This document shows positions 29,826-39,498 of a DNA stretch of 64,000 nucleotides, one piece after another. This stretch comes from Desulfatiglandales bacterium (GTDB lineage: Bacteria; Desulfobacterota; DSM-4660; Desulfatiglandales; Desulfatiglandaceae), in contig OY759599.1 in the NCBI GenBank assembly GCA_963662465.1, forward strand, positions 7,840,001 through 7,904,000, given 5' to 3'. Positions within the stretch are counted from its first letter, which is position 1. Every line of letters begins with the position of its first letter. Made by a program: the position numbers and the translations under genes. The notes below the pieces were generated by a model. It ran no database searches and was not told the DNA's origin. It was given only the letters and a program-made list of their open reading frames with translations.

Positions 29826-30221
29826 TTACCATATGGTCTTTACGTGGGGATAGTTCAAGAGCTTTTCATCCTTGGTAACCAGCGAGATACCCAAGGTCAT
29901 AGCGGTTGCAATAATAATCCGATCAGCCGGATCCTGATGGAGCGGAGGGGACAAGTTGACTGACTTCATTGCTACGGTATTATCAACAGGTACAAACTGA
30001 AAAAACGGCAGGTTTTCGGATTGAGTAACCCAATCTGTGACATCCATTACAAATTTCAACCGTTTTTTAGCAACCAGCAGCGCTACCTCCCATGTACTGA
30101 TGGAGGAAATAAAAAGGCCTTTCTGAGGAATGGATGCATCAATCGCTTTTTTTGCCGTCTTCGAAAGATGTTCCGGGTTACTGATAAACCAGATCCATGC
30201 ATGTGTATCCAATAGGATCAC
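29826..30221 (-). CDS. vapC: VapC PIN toxin
   Basis: LLDTHAWIW, SSISTWEV, HQDPADRIIIATA, LVTKD. Confidence 0.92.
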   Translation of the reverse strand: MILLDTHAWIWFISNPEHLSKTAKKAIDASIPQKGLFISSISTWEVALLVAKKRLKFVMDVTDWVTQSENLPFFQFVPVDNTVAMKSVNLSPPLHQDPADRIIIATAMTLGISLVTKDEKLLNYPHVKTIW

Positions 30222-30451
30222 TTCAACAGCTCCCAGTCATCGAGCCCAACGGGCTCTGTGGGATCTTGATATTCGATAACCGAGCCTCTCAGCATTTTCA
30301 GCACTTCAAGAGGTTCTTCGGAGTAGGGAACAATTTTCAAGACCGGCCTACCGCGGTCTGTAATGATGAGTGGTTTACCTGTACTTTCCACTTTCCGGAA
30401 ATACTCCAGCGCATAAGACTTGAACTTTAACTTCGCCACTTGATTTTCCAT
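30218..30451 (-). CDS. Phd/YefM-family antitoxin
   Basis: FKSYALEYFRKVESTGKPLIITDRGRPVLKIVP; 4-nt overlap with the toxin. Confidence 0.88.
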   Translation of the reverse strand: MENQVAKLKFKSYALEYFRKVESTGKPLIITDRGRPVLKIVPYSEEPLEVLKMLRGSVIEYQDPTEPVGLDDWELLK

Positions 30452-30599
30452 GAGAAGCTCCTCAAGAAGTTTGAAAGTGAAAAACTAAATGACGTAATGA
30501 TGCTACCATAGTTATCCGAGGCGGTCAAATATAAATGGTCCCTGGAAACGATGATGATCTTTTTGTGCGACAAATAAAAAGTGAAGGATTTGCAGCCAG

Positions 30600-30905
30600 T
30601 TGAGTCTTTCTTTAACGCCCCTCGCAGATGATGTGGGCACAATTGCCTGGGGCCCCGTGCCGAACATGAACGCACCGGCAATGTCTTATTTTCTGCCGCG
30701 ATTAATAGAGCTGGCGGTTACAAAAGCTATTGACCGTGATGGTGAGCCCTATATGATGCGGTTTATCAATACGGTTTTGGATGGACCGGATGGTGAACGA
30801 TTTCGTTTGCTGGGTTAGGAGCACAGATATTTGATTTTTGAGATTTTGTTATCTTTGAGAGCGCATTATGATGCGATCGTGAAGGATGAATGTTGGGATC
30901 AGGAA
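30600..30905 (+). pseudogene. Hypothetical protein remnant with an in-frame TAG
   Basis: ...AMSYFLPRLIELA...RLLG*EHRYLIFEILL stays in frame across the TAG at 30816-30818. Confidence 0.4.
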
Positions 30906-30912
30906 CGGTCCT

Positions 30913-31257
30913 TTACGCAAAGATCAGTGGGCCAAGCTTTTCTTCGACCTCTTCCAGCACTTGTGCAGGCAGGGTATCAAAATACTTCACGTCTCTTCTT
31001 CGCCAATCGATGCATTTTACGTGATCGGCAAGGATTACCCCTTTGACCTTGTGTTTTTGGGGAATTTGAACCTCAAAGGGGTAGCCTTTTGCTTGTAGTG
31101 TGATTGGAACCACGATGGCAAGACCCACAATCCGGTTATATTCGTCAGCGGAGAGAACAAGCGCGGGCCGATGCCCTCCCTGCTCATGGCCCTTCACCGG
31201 ATCGAAATTGACTCCGACCACATCACCCCGTTTTGGGAAAAAACCATTTTGACTCAC
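30913..31257 (-). CDS. mazF: MazF endoribonuclease toxin
   Basis: PKRGDVV..FDPVKGHEQGGHRPALVLS, PITLQAKGYPFEV, DHVKCIDWRRR; GTG start overlaps the mazE stop. Confidence 0.92.
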   Translation of the reverse strand: MSQNGFFPKRGDVVGVNFDPVKGHEQGGHRPALVLSADEYNRIVGLAIVVPITLQAKGYPFEVQIPQKHKVKGVILADHVKCIDWRRRDVKYFDTLPAQVLEEVEEKLGPLIFA

Positions 31258-31505
31258 CAGGCCTCCTCCCCAGCGGGAGTTCCCCAATCTGTCTCGGGGT
31301 GGATATTTTCTGCGGTTACGCCTCCGAGCAGGTCCCCGAGCGAGTATTTCCATTCTCTTCTTTGCTGCTTGGGAGCTATGATGAGCTTGCCGTCTTCGAC
31401 CTTGAGATCAACCGTCGAGTTTTCAGACAATTGAAGTTCAGCCAAAAACCCCGTTGGGATTCTAAGCCCAATGCTGTTGCCCCATTTCCTGAGAATCGCT
31501 TCCAT
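31254..31505 (-). CDS. mazE: MazE (AbrB-fold) antitoxin
   Basis: KWGNSIGLRIP...YSLGDLL..VTAENIHPETDWG. Confidence 0.92.
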   Translation of the reverse strand: MEAILRKWGNSIGLRIPTGFLAELQLSENSTVDLKVEDGKLIIAPKQQRREWKYSLGDLLGGVTAENIHPETDWGTPAGEEAW

Positions 31506-31530
31506 GTTCCTGACCTCCTGGATCCTTCAA

Positions 31531-31568
31531 AGTATAAACAATGTATAATTATGGCGACGCTTTGTCAA
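31531..31568 (-). promoter_or_regulatory. mazEF promoter and operator
   Basis: TTGACA-17-TACATT on the minus strand, overlapping a gtataaacaatgtata operator-like repeat. Confidence 0.6.
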
Positions 31569-31696
31569 TTCAAATCATCCAGTTGAGAGGCTGTTGGTTG
31601 CTCAGGCTAACCAAAATAGTTTTCTGATTGTTGCCAAAGACAAAAATATTGATAGGTATGAGGTGGAGACTTTCTGGATAAACTGAACGTCATATT

Positions 31697-33703
31697 TTAT
31701 GGCGATACACGCCGGTCAAAGGCCGGGGCCGACCGTTCCAATGTTTTGATTTCGGAATCGGCGGGGTCGTCCACATAATTGAAGCTGCCCTTGCGGATAT
31801 TGAAAAAAAATAGTTCGGGCAGGCTGTACACGCATCCCTTAAGGCCGTTCAGGGATAACTCACCGCCGTCTACGGGCAGGGTAAAAATGCCCAGGGTTGC
31901 CGCCAGCAGGCCGTAAGCCGTATTGATGGCGCCGTAGAGCGGACGAGGCCAGACCACATCGTCGGTAAAAAAAATAAAGGGCGTATCCCCTTTGGCGCCA
32001 TGATAGAGGGTTGAGGTCAGTGTGTTGCACTCCCGGAAATAGAGATCCGTGTTTTGGGGTTCATTTTGTGTCATACGCGCCAGCATCCGTTTCCTGAACC
32101 CGGGCAATACCTCGACCTTTTCGATACGGAATCGATTTTTCACAAGGTCAAACAGGTGGAAAGGGATGAAACTGAAATCTTTTCCCGGCGCAATGTTTCC
32201 CCCCAGGGCGCCTGTGATTCGGGTTTCCGATTGAAATGAAGCATTGAGATTTCGCATGAGTTCAGTGGCACAGTTATGGGTGATCAGGTGATATGGGTAA
32301 CAGTGCTTCAGCTTGTTATCATAGATATCTCGATTTAAACGGGCGCCGTTCAGGGACGTGTTGAGGGTCTGTTGGGAAACAGTGGGGGCGGCCAGGGGCG
32401 CCATCCCTGAACGGGACGGTATCAGTCGACCGTAGGCTACCCGAATGGCGTTGCCGGTTTTGCATCCCTTTTCCAATTCGGCAAAACGACCGGCACTTTC
32501 CTCCAATCCGTTATAGGTCCTTTCCTCCACAACTTTCCCGGCAAAGGTGTTCCGGCGGATGTTCCAGTAGGTGCGCCATGCACGATCGGCCAGTCGGGCC
32601 GTTACCGTGGGGTCTCCCTGTACTGTTTTCGCGGATACGGATTTAGCGGCTTCGGGAAAGGGGTCCAGCAGAAGCAGCCGGTTGCGTTTAAGGGACCCCA
32701 TGACCGCCTGATAACGGGCAGCAGCCAATAGCAGGGGGTATCCCCAGTCGGGCCTGTTGGAGGAGACCAGGTGGATGACGGATGCCTTCAGCGTTTCGGC
32801 ATAGGCGGAAAGCTTGTTCCGTTCATTTTGGGTCAATCCTTTCGGGTCCCCGGGGCGGCGGAAATGGTCCATGTCCATCAATTCAACTTTCCGGATGGGG
32901 ATGCCCCGGTTTAATACGGAAAGGGCTGCTCTTTTGAGTCGGTTTTCAACATATTTTTTGGAGAGGGACGATACCGGTGTGGGATAGGCGTCATTGGTGA
33001 TTTTGAGATTGTCTATGTTGGGGGCGGTGATCGGTATGTTTGCCAGGTCCCGGTCCAGGGTTTTGATGGCGGATATCAGATAGTCCTCTCCATAGGCGTC
33101 GATAACCCGGTTTCGAAGCTGAATACTGATTTCATCGGGTGGTTCTTGAAAGGCAAATAGACCTGCGCCGATAATGGGCATTTGCCGGCGGCCATGGCTC
33201 AGATCATCTAAAAGCCGGGTGTCGGCGGTTAGTTTTGCCAGGCGGGCCATGTGGGCCTCCTGAATCAGATAGTGTCGGTCCAGGTGTTCTCGAATGGTCA
33301 GGATGTCGTGGGCCTTTACCTGAAGATGCGCCAGGTAAAGGGTTCGGTTTTCCAGATCATTATAGATGTACCTGAAATGGGGCCATCGCTCTCGAACCAG
33401 TTTGAAAAGCCCGTCGGGGAAATATTGAAAATGATAAATGGTATTGTTGATGCGCAGAGCGCTGTGCCCGCCACTGGAGCCGCCTACGTTGGCGTCGATA
33501 TAGATAAATTGAAAGGGTGGGGGCGTAGATGATGCCGGGCCCGCTTCGGCCGGAATGAGCCGAAGGAGCCACATCTGTTCCACGAGGATGATCCCGATAA
33601 AAAACGCAACAAAAGCGAATTTACGGGAATCCGGGCATCTTGCTGGTTTGTGATCCCTGTTGTATCTCAAAAGCCTGTGTGAATCAGGGTTGGTAGCTCT
33701 CAA
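31697..33703 (-). CDS. Uncharacterised exported protein, distantly DUF4105/NlpC-P60-like
   Basis: YIDANVGGSSGGHSALR and YHLITHNCATEL suggest His/Cys catalytic candidates; C-terminal SLPELFFFNIRKG. Confidence 0.6.
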   Translation of the reverse strand: MRATNPDSHRLLRYNRDHKPARCPDSRKFAFVAFFIGIILVEQMWLLRLIPAEAGPASSTPPPFQFIYIDANVGGSSGGHSALRINNTIYHFQYFPDGLFKLVRERWPHFRYIYNDLENRTLYLAHLQVKAHDILTIREHLDRHYLIQEAHMARLAKLTADTRLLDDLSHGRRQMPIIGAGLFAFQEPPDEISIQLRNRVIDAYGEDYLISAIKTLDRDLANIPITAPNIDNLKITNDAYPTPVSSLSKKYVENRLKRAALSVLNRGIPIRKVELMDMDHFRRPGDPKGLTQNERNKLSAYAETLKASVIHLVSSNRPDWGYPLLLAAARYQAVMGSLKRNRLLLLDPFPEAAKSVSAKTVQGDPTVTARLADRAWRTYWNIRRNTFAGKVVEERTYNGLEESAGRFAELEKGCKTGNAIRVAYGRLIPSRSGMAPLAAPTVSQQTLNTSLNGARLNRDIYDNKLKHCYPYHLITHNCATELMRNLNASFQSETRITGALGGNIAPGKDFSFIPFHLFDLVKNRFRIEKVEVLPGFRKRMLARMTQNEPQNTDLYFRECNTLTSTLYHGAKGDTPFIFFTDDVVWPRPLYGAINTAYGLLAATLGIFTLPVDGGELSLNGLKGCVYSLPELFFFNIRKGSFNYVDDPADSEIKTLERSAPAFDRRVSP

Positions 33704-34118
33704 GAATCAGGACAAGGGCATTTTTCTCTTTTGCGGCCAGTTCCGGGATGAAATAAACGTTCTTGACCCCTTCCCGTGTGATGCCGGCCCGTCTGAGACC
33801 CGTGCCGATGGCATTATAGGTGTCGGTGTTCCGCTCCCAATCGGTGATGCCATGTCGCTTCGCGATGCTGCCCAGCTCACTCATATAATCGTCGGCATTG
33901 CCGCCCTTTGCTGCGCTGGTGGTATAGGTACTCACATCGCTCATATAGGTGGTTCTTGCATCTTTCTGATCCGTGTCCGATGCGCTGGATGAGGTGGAAG
34001 AGTTGGAACTGGATTTACTCGAATCGCTGGATGTGCCGCTGGAGTAGGAAAATGAACACCCGGCCAGCAGGGCCAGAATTCCCATAAAGACGATTGCATT
34101 TTTTAACATCTGGACCAT
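33684..34118 (-). CDS. Ser-rich putative lipoprotein
   Basis: Lipobox LAGC, SFSYSSGTSSDSSKSSS, IAKRHGITDWE..TYNAIGTGL; overlaps the downstream gene. Confidence 0.7.
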   Translation of the reverse strand: MVQMLKNAIVFMGILALLAGCSFSYSSGTSSDSSKSSSNSSTSSSASDTDQKDARTTYMSDVSTYTTSAAKGGNADDYMSELGSIAKRHGITDWERNTDTYNAIGTGLRRAGITREGVKNVYFIPELAAKEKNALVLILESYQP

Positions 34119-34222
34119 ACCAAAACTCCTTTCCGAAAACGGGTTGACAGCCATTTTTCATGGCTCAAATTCTTACAGAAAAAGGGGGTGGATGTCAACT
34201 GATGATGCGCCGGTTATCAAAA

Positions 34223-35827
34223 TTACGCCCAGGGGAAAAGGAAGGCAAACGCCGCTATGATTTCAGCTTCGGAAAGGTTCTTCTCCGCCGCCTGTTTTGA
34301 AAGGCGGTGACGGGTAAGAAACAATTGTTTTCGGTCGGCTGAGGAAAGGTCATCATGGAGCATTTTGAGGTTATCGTTTCGATACATGGGGCAGGAGTGG
34401 TCGAGGGCCGAAGAAACGGTTCTGATGTGTCCCATGACCTCCGTTGATTTCATGGTAGGGTGTTCCCACCTGTCCATATAGCCGATCAACTTAAACTTCC
34501 GCCGCATTTCAGGTTCGTAAATGGGACTCAAGGGCGCGAGACTAAAAGGGAAAAGCGCCCATGAGAGGGTTCCCGGAAGATCCGGAAATTCAATGCGTCT
34601 CATGAAATCCAGGGTTTTTTGAACCGTTTCAGCTGTTTCTCCCGGGAAACCGAACAGAAAATAACACGATGTATCAATCCCTGCGGCAAGGAGTTTTTCC
34701 ACCACCCCGGCGTACAGGGTGGGATCGGCTTTCTTGTTCATGTTCTTTAATATTTGCGGGTCGGCCGATTCCAGGCCCAGCAGTACTTCAATGCAGCCGG
34801 ATTGCTTCAGCAGTTCAAAATCAACGCCTTCCAGTGCGTTTGCCCGAACCATGGTCATCCATTTGACGGGAATGTTTTCGGCAATGATGCGACGGGAAAG
34901 GGTGTTGAGATTTCCCCTGCCATGTCTGAAATTGTCATCCGTGAAACGAACGAATCGGACCCCGTGCGTTGAAACCGCTTTCAGTTCATCTACCAGCCGG
35001 TCCAGGCTTTTGATGAACATAAGCCTGCGGTCTTTGGTAAAGTTGCAGAAAGCGCATTTGAAGGGACATCCCTTGCTGGTTTGCAAGGGGATCACCCCCG
35101 TGTTGAAGATTTTTTCGGGGAGTGATTCCCAGTCAATGGAAGTGTTCAGGTTATCGAAAATGTAATCTTTCTGTTCTGAAAAGGAATACCTTTTTCCGTC
35201 GAAACGGACGGTGTTGGGCAGGTCGTCCAGGGGACGCCGGCGCTGAATCCGTTGTAACGCCGCCAGCAAAATATCTTCGCCCTGAAGGCCGGTAATGTAA
35301 AAATCAACCCGGGGTTGTTCGTTTTCAAAAAAAAGGAAATCATCTTTGGCAAGATCCGTTTCATAATCCGCTTCCCGGGATCGTTCCAGCATCCGGTAGG
35401 ACAAATTTACATAGGGACCGCCCGCGATAATGAAGATATCCGGCGCTAGATTGCGGATATCCTCTACAACCTTTTTCAGAGTCTGTTTGTTGCGAATAAA
35501 GGTGGTGGAAATGACAATGGCTCGAGGGTTTTCCGAGAGCATTTCCTTGAACTTGTCCCTGTCTTTGAAATAGCGGTCGATCAGGTTAACCTTAAGGCCG
35601 CCCTTTTGCAGGTAGCTGAGCAGGTAGATGCCGTTCAGCCGGTATCCCGCGCCCCAGTTCATGACGCCGCTTCCTTCCACGGGGGGGAGAACACGCCCCT
35701 TGTGTTTCAGGTAGTTGGAGATTACCTGTATGGTGGCGACCTTGCCGTTCAGCCGCAACCGCTGATGGAGAATATCGGCGGAACCCGCATCGCCTGATTC
35801 CGCAATAATGATGGCATCGAGAGACAA
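34223..35827 (-). CDS. Cobalamin-binding radical SAM protein (class B methyltransferase-like)
   Basis: CPFKCAFC, ISTTF, IIAGG, FTDDNF, GLESAD, GFPGET. Confidence 0.88.
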   Translation of the reverse strand: MSLDAIIIAESGDAGSADILHQRLRLNGKVATIQVISNYLKHKGRVLPPVEGSGVMNWGAGYRLNGIYLLSYLQKGGLKVNLIDRYFKDRDKFKEMLSENPRAIVISTTFIRNKQTLKKVVEDIRNLAPDIFIIAGGPYVNLSYRMLERSREADYETDLAKDDFLFFENEQPRVDFYITGLQGEDILLAALQRIQRRRPLDDLPNTVRFDGKRYSFSEQKDYIFDNLNTSIDWESLPEKIFNTGVIPLQTSKGCPFKCAFCNFTKDRRLMFIKSLDRLVDELKAVSTHGVRFVRFTDDNFRHGRGNLNTLSRRIIAENIPVKWMTMVRANALEGVDFELLKQSGCIEVLLGLESADPQILKNMNKKADPTLYAGVVEKLLAAGIDTSCYFLFGFPGETAETVQKTLDFMRRIEFPDLPGTLSWALFPFSLAPLSPIYEPEMRRKFKLIGYMDRWEHPTMKSTEVMGHIRTVSSALDHSCPMYRNDNLKMLHDDLSSADRKQLFLTRHRLSKQAAEKNLSEAEIIAAFAFLFPWA

Positions 35828-35919
35828 TTGGGGTCATTTCTCCTGTAAGTTTTGAGGTGTGCCTTTCAAGGTGTAAGCCTCTTTTCGGGTGGGTGCTTTT
35901 CGGCTCATGGCATCATCTC

Positions 35920-36537
35920 CTACAAGACCTTCTTTCCATCGGGAAAGGCTTTTTCCCTGCGTTTTTTGGGGTTGTCAAAGATCACGTCTTTCGCTCGGAA
36001 GGACTCGGAATCAAAGTTTCTCCCGCACCATTGCATCATGGCGTCGTACTCTTCATGTGCCGGATCATTGATGATTTCCATGAAATCATGATAACCATAA
36101 GCGCCGCCGCAATCTTCGGGGGGGCAGGCACGGGACCCTGACAGGCAGAGTGGATACGACACGTCTTTTTCTTTTAATAAAATCCCCTCAAAAAGTATTT
36201 CGTGTTCCCATTCGTCTCCGAAATCATACACATAATTGGCGGTTTTCCCGGGTTCCACAAAATAGTCGGCAATATCTTCCCCCCATCCCGGAAGCACTTT
36301 CGGTTCGCCTTCAAAATGATCATCCGAAGGTATCCCGATTTCAGTGGTTTTTTTGGCCATCGGTTTTTTGATTTGAAAAAGGTGCAGATGGCAGTCGAGC
36401 CAGCCCATGGCGTCCTGTATTGCCACATGCAGATCCCAGAAGGTATAGGTTGAAGGGACTTGAATTCTTCTCCAGATGGGAGGTTCGATTTCCTTGAGGT
36501 TCATTTTAAATTGAAAGACGAGATTTTTTTTCTTCAT
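35920..36537 (-). CDS. Plasmid pRiA4b ORF-3 family protein
   Basis: PPIWRRIQVP, LHVAIQDAMGWLDCHLH, YDFGDEWEH, RACPPEDCGG. Confidence 0.92.
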   Translation of the reverse strand: MKKKNLVFQFKMNLKEIEPPIWRRIQVPSTYTFWDLHVAIQDAMGWLDCHLHLFQIKKPMAKKTTEIGIPSDDHFEGEPKVLPGWGEDIADYFVEPGKTANYVYDFGDEWEHEILFEGILLKEKDVSYPLCLSGSRACPPEDCGGAYGYHDFMEIINDPAHEEYDAMMQWCGRNFDSESFRAKDVIFDNPKKRREKAFPDGKKVL

Positions 36538-36744
36538 GGTTCGTGTTCCTTTATTATTTATTGTCGGATTGGTTGAAAATATGGTTTACGTTCTTCTCCT
36601 GAGCATCCTGATACCTCAAAATTGTGTCACAGAACCCGATTAAAGTCCATAAGCAAAACGGCGAAAGATTTTCATTGATTGAAAATGCCGAGCGCCTTTG
36701 ATATACTAACGCTCATGTTTTACGGGCACTGTTGTTTATTCGAA

Positions 36745-36856
36745 CTATCCCGATTATGTGGAAGGAGTTTGGGCCCGCTTTTTGGACAAGGATAACCGTC
36801 CAAACCAGCGTCCATCGCATTTTGAAGCGGTTGGGCCTTTGGACCTGGATCTGTAA
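36745..36856 (+). pseudogene. C-terminal fragment of an enoyl-CoA hydratase/3-hydroxyisobutyryl-CoA hydrolase
   Basis: YPDYVEGVWARFLDKDNRP resembles the DFxEGVRAxLxDKDxxP motif. Confidence 0.4.
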
Positions 36857-36882
36857 TTCCCGAACACTCGAGATAGGCTGAC

Positions 36883-37347
36883 ATGAAAAAAATAAGAAAT
36901 ACCATTACGATTCTGTTCCTGATTGCCGCGATCCTTTTCTGTTTTGCCGGGAATATCCATGGGGCCGATGAGGATGCTCAGGCGAAGGTGCAACCGCAAC
37001 CCGCGACCCCCGAAAATCCCCCGGTTCTAACCCTGCAAAAAGCGGTCATGTGCGAGGCCATGAAAGACTTGGAACCCAGGAATGAAGCGATCATATTCAG
37101 TGTGGCAATCGGCAAAGCAACCTGTTTTACCGCCTTCGACCCGGTGCCTGAAAAAACCGTTGTCCAGCATAACTGGTTCAAACGGGATCAGCCCGATGCC
37201 ATGGTGAAGTTGACCCTCAAACCGCCCAAGTGGTCCAGTTTCAGCGAAATGACGATACACAATGGGGATGTGGGTCCTTGGCGGGTGGAAATTACGGATG
37301 TTGACGGTAAAATTTTTAAAACCCTGCGGTTCAGCGTAACGGAGTAA
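36883..37347 (+). CDS. DUF2914-like exported protein
   Basis: Signal peptide; CFTAF, VQHNWF, WSSFS, GPWRVEI. Confidence 0.75.
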   Translation: MKKIRNTITILFLIAAILFCFAGNIHGADEDAQAKVQPQPATPENPPVLTLQKAVMCEAMKDLEPRNEAIIFSVAIGKATCFTAFDPVPEKTVVQHNWFKRDQPDAMVKLTLKPPKWSSFSEMTIHNGDVGPWRVEITDVDGKIFKTLRFSVTE

Positions 37348-37349
37348 CT

Positions 37350-38789
37350 TTGGTGTTACAGAAAATTCTGATTTTTGTATCCAGCATTCGATGGCAGGAT
37401 ATTATCGATATTGGGCTTAACAGTTATATCCTGTTTCGCCTTTATGCGCTTTTTCGGGGAACGGATGCTTTCAGGGTGCTGATCGGCATTGCGTGCCTCT
37501 GGATACTGCAACGAATGGCCATATCCCTGGGGCTCATCCTGACCAGCTGGATGATGGAGGGGATTATCGCCGTTGCCGCGCTGATTGTTATTGTTGTTTT
37601 CAGGAACGAAATCAGATCCGTTTTCCGGGCAAGAAATATCTGGACGATCCTCTGGGGCCTGCACCAAAAGCCCATGAAAACCCCCGTGGAGATCATCACG
37701 GAAAGTGTTTTCAACCTGGCGAAAAAGCGTATCGGCGCCCTCATGGTGTTGCCCGGAAAGGAGGACCTGGAGGAGGTTGTTCAGCGGGGAATTCCATGGG
37801 ACGGCAAAGTTTCGGCGGAGATGATCGGCAGCATTTTTTGGCCCAATAACCCGGTCCATGATGGGGCAGCCATCATTTCGGGAAACCGCGTTGTGGAGGT
37901 CGGGGTGATTCTTCCCCTTTCCAATCGAAAAGACTTTCCCAGCGCTTACGGAACACGTCACAGGGCCGCGGCGGGATTGTCGGAAATAACGGACGCCATG
38001 GTGATTGTGGTATCCGAGGAAAGAGGCGCCGTTACCATCACCCGAGGCAATGATTTGATCAATATTAACGGCAGGGCGCAACTTGTGGCGGCCCTCAGGG
38101 AGCATCTGGGAATCCGGGAAAACCAGAGTCGGTTTTTGAAGAGACGGAAAATTGAGCTGAGGATCGCAGCCATTGTCTCCCTTTTTATTGTTTCCACCGT
38201 TTGGTTCAGTATCAGCAGGGGGCTCGATGCCATTAAGACCTTTGACATTCCCGTGGAGTATGCCAATCGGAACCCTGATATGGAACTGTTGAACACGTCG
38301 GCCACTTCCGTTCGTCTTTTTCTCCGAGGATCAAGGGCGCTTTTGAAATCCATCCGACCCGAGCAGATCCGGGTGAAGATGGATCTGGGCAAGGCCGTGG
38401 CCGGCACCAACACCTTTTCTATTACCAACGACAATTTGTCGATTCCCCCCGGCCTTTCCTTAAAGGAGGTTAGACCCATGGTGGTGGATGTAAACCTGGA
38501 TACGCGCACCCAAAAAACGTTCCCCATACAGGCGGATTGGGTGGGGAAACTCCCCTCGGACCTGAATCTTGTCGGCGCCAAACTCACCCCTCCGGAAATC
38601 CAACTCAGCGGACCCAAGACAATCCTCGATGGCATGTCGACCCTGTATACCGAAAATATTCCGTTGAATGACATTAAGGGTTCAGGGAAAACGAGCGTTA
38701 AAGTGATTATTCCGTCCGCCTTCCTGAAAACGGGGTCCGGTTCCAAAGACAAGGTTGACGTGGAATATGAGGCAAAGAAACGTGATTAG
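37350..38789 (+). CDS. dacA: Membrane diadenylate cyclase (CdaA/DacA) fused to YbbR (CdaR) domains
   Basis: Three N-terminal TM helices, HDGA and GTRHRAA motifs, VVSEERG, an extra TM helix, then YbbR-like repeats. Confidence 0.9.
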   Translation: MVLQKILIFVSSIRWQDIIDIGLNSYILFRLYALFRGTDAFRVLIGIACLWILQRMAISLGLILTSWMMEGIIAVAALIVIVVFRNEIRSVFRARNIWTILWGLHQKPMKTPVEIITESVFNLAKKRIGALMVLPGKEDLEEVVQRGIPWDGKVSAEMIGSIFWPNNPVHDGAAIISGNRVVEVGVILPLSNRKDFPSAYGTRHRAAAGLSEITDAMVIVVSEERGAVTITRGNDLININGRAQLVAALREHLGIRENQSRFLKRRKIELRIAAIVSLFIVSTVWFSISRGLDAIKTFDIPVEYANRNPDMELLNTSATSVRLFLRGSRALLKSIRPEQIRVKMDLGKAVAGTNTFSITNDNLSIPPGLSLKEVRPMVVDVNLDTRTQKTFPIQADWVGKLPSDLNLVGAKLTPPEIQLSGPKTILDGMSTLYTENIPLNDIKGSGKTSVKVIIPSAFLKTGSGSKDKVDVEYEAKKRD

Positions 38790-38820
38790 GGGACCCTTAC
38801 GCATGGACCTGTTAAAGAAC

Positions 38821-39403
38821 TCATCTCCCTCCCTTTGATTCGGGGGGCATTTTGACAACCGCATACCCCTCTTTTTCAAGGCTTCTCGCCAAGGCCTGAA
38901 CCAGCAACGGTTCAAGGAAACGGATCCATTCCTCAGCCACGACCATACTCTCTTTTGCAACCTGAGGTCTGAGTGCCGCCGCTTTTTGTCCCAGGGGACT
39001 TTCATAAAATTGGATCAGAGACTGGATTTCGGCATGGGTATAGTGCTTGTCGTAAAGGGGAACAACCCTGTCCATAAGTCCCCTCCGCCGAGATTTGTCG
39101 CTTTACCAGGGAGAGGGTACTGCCCTTCAGGATGGCAAAGACCGTTTCGGAAATGACTTCGCTGTTTTGCGCTGTCGCTTTCTTGAGAATTGGAAAAAGA
39201 CGTTCGAGCGTGCTGTCGGCCGCCAGCAGCACCACTTCCTCCAGTTTGATCAAATCAATCAATTTTTTGATATCACCTATTTTTGATGGATTGATGGGTT
39301 TGATTTCCGCGGGTTTGACTTCCGCATTTGCCGGAGTTGCAGCCAAAAAGAGGCAGATTATTATGCAGCAGATGGCACAAACAGTAAGGCGATTTTTCTT
39401 CAT
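38821..39403 (-). pseudogene. DUF2059-like exported protein split by a frameshift in a G-run
   Basis: N-terminal part to QISAEG and C-terminal part MDRVVPLYDKHYTHAEIQSLIQFYESPLGQK are in different frames; junction near 39078-39085. Confidence 0.7.
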
Positions 39404-39498
39404 GGCAATATACACCTTTCATGAAATATGTTACAATTATCTAATGGTCAAGAATGTTTATCGCATTTGAAGCGATTAATCAATTTTAAAACAAGTAA

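Noticed and set aside
1059..30905. In-frame TAG codons at about 1095 and 30816 as pyrrolysine or recoding
   Set aside because: The first gene also has a frameshift and the second lacks a clear start; no pyl genes are present and other genes end normally at TAG.
31600..31625. GGCTAAC/GTTAGCC box upstream of mazEF as an attC
   Set aside because: No partner box or L-box hairpin is visible.
36720..36880. Possible c-di-AMP riboswitch upstream of the dacA operon
   Set aside because: No recognisable ydaO consensus; the region translates better as an enoyl-CoA hydratase remnant.
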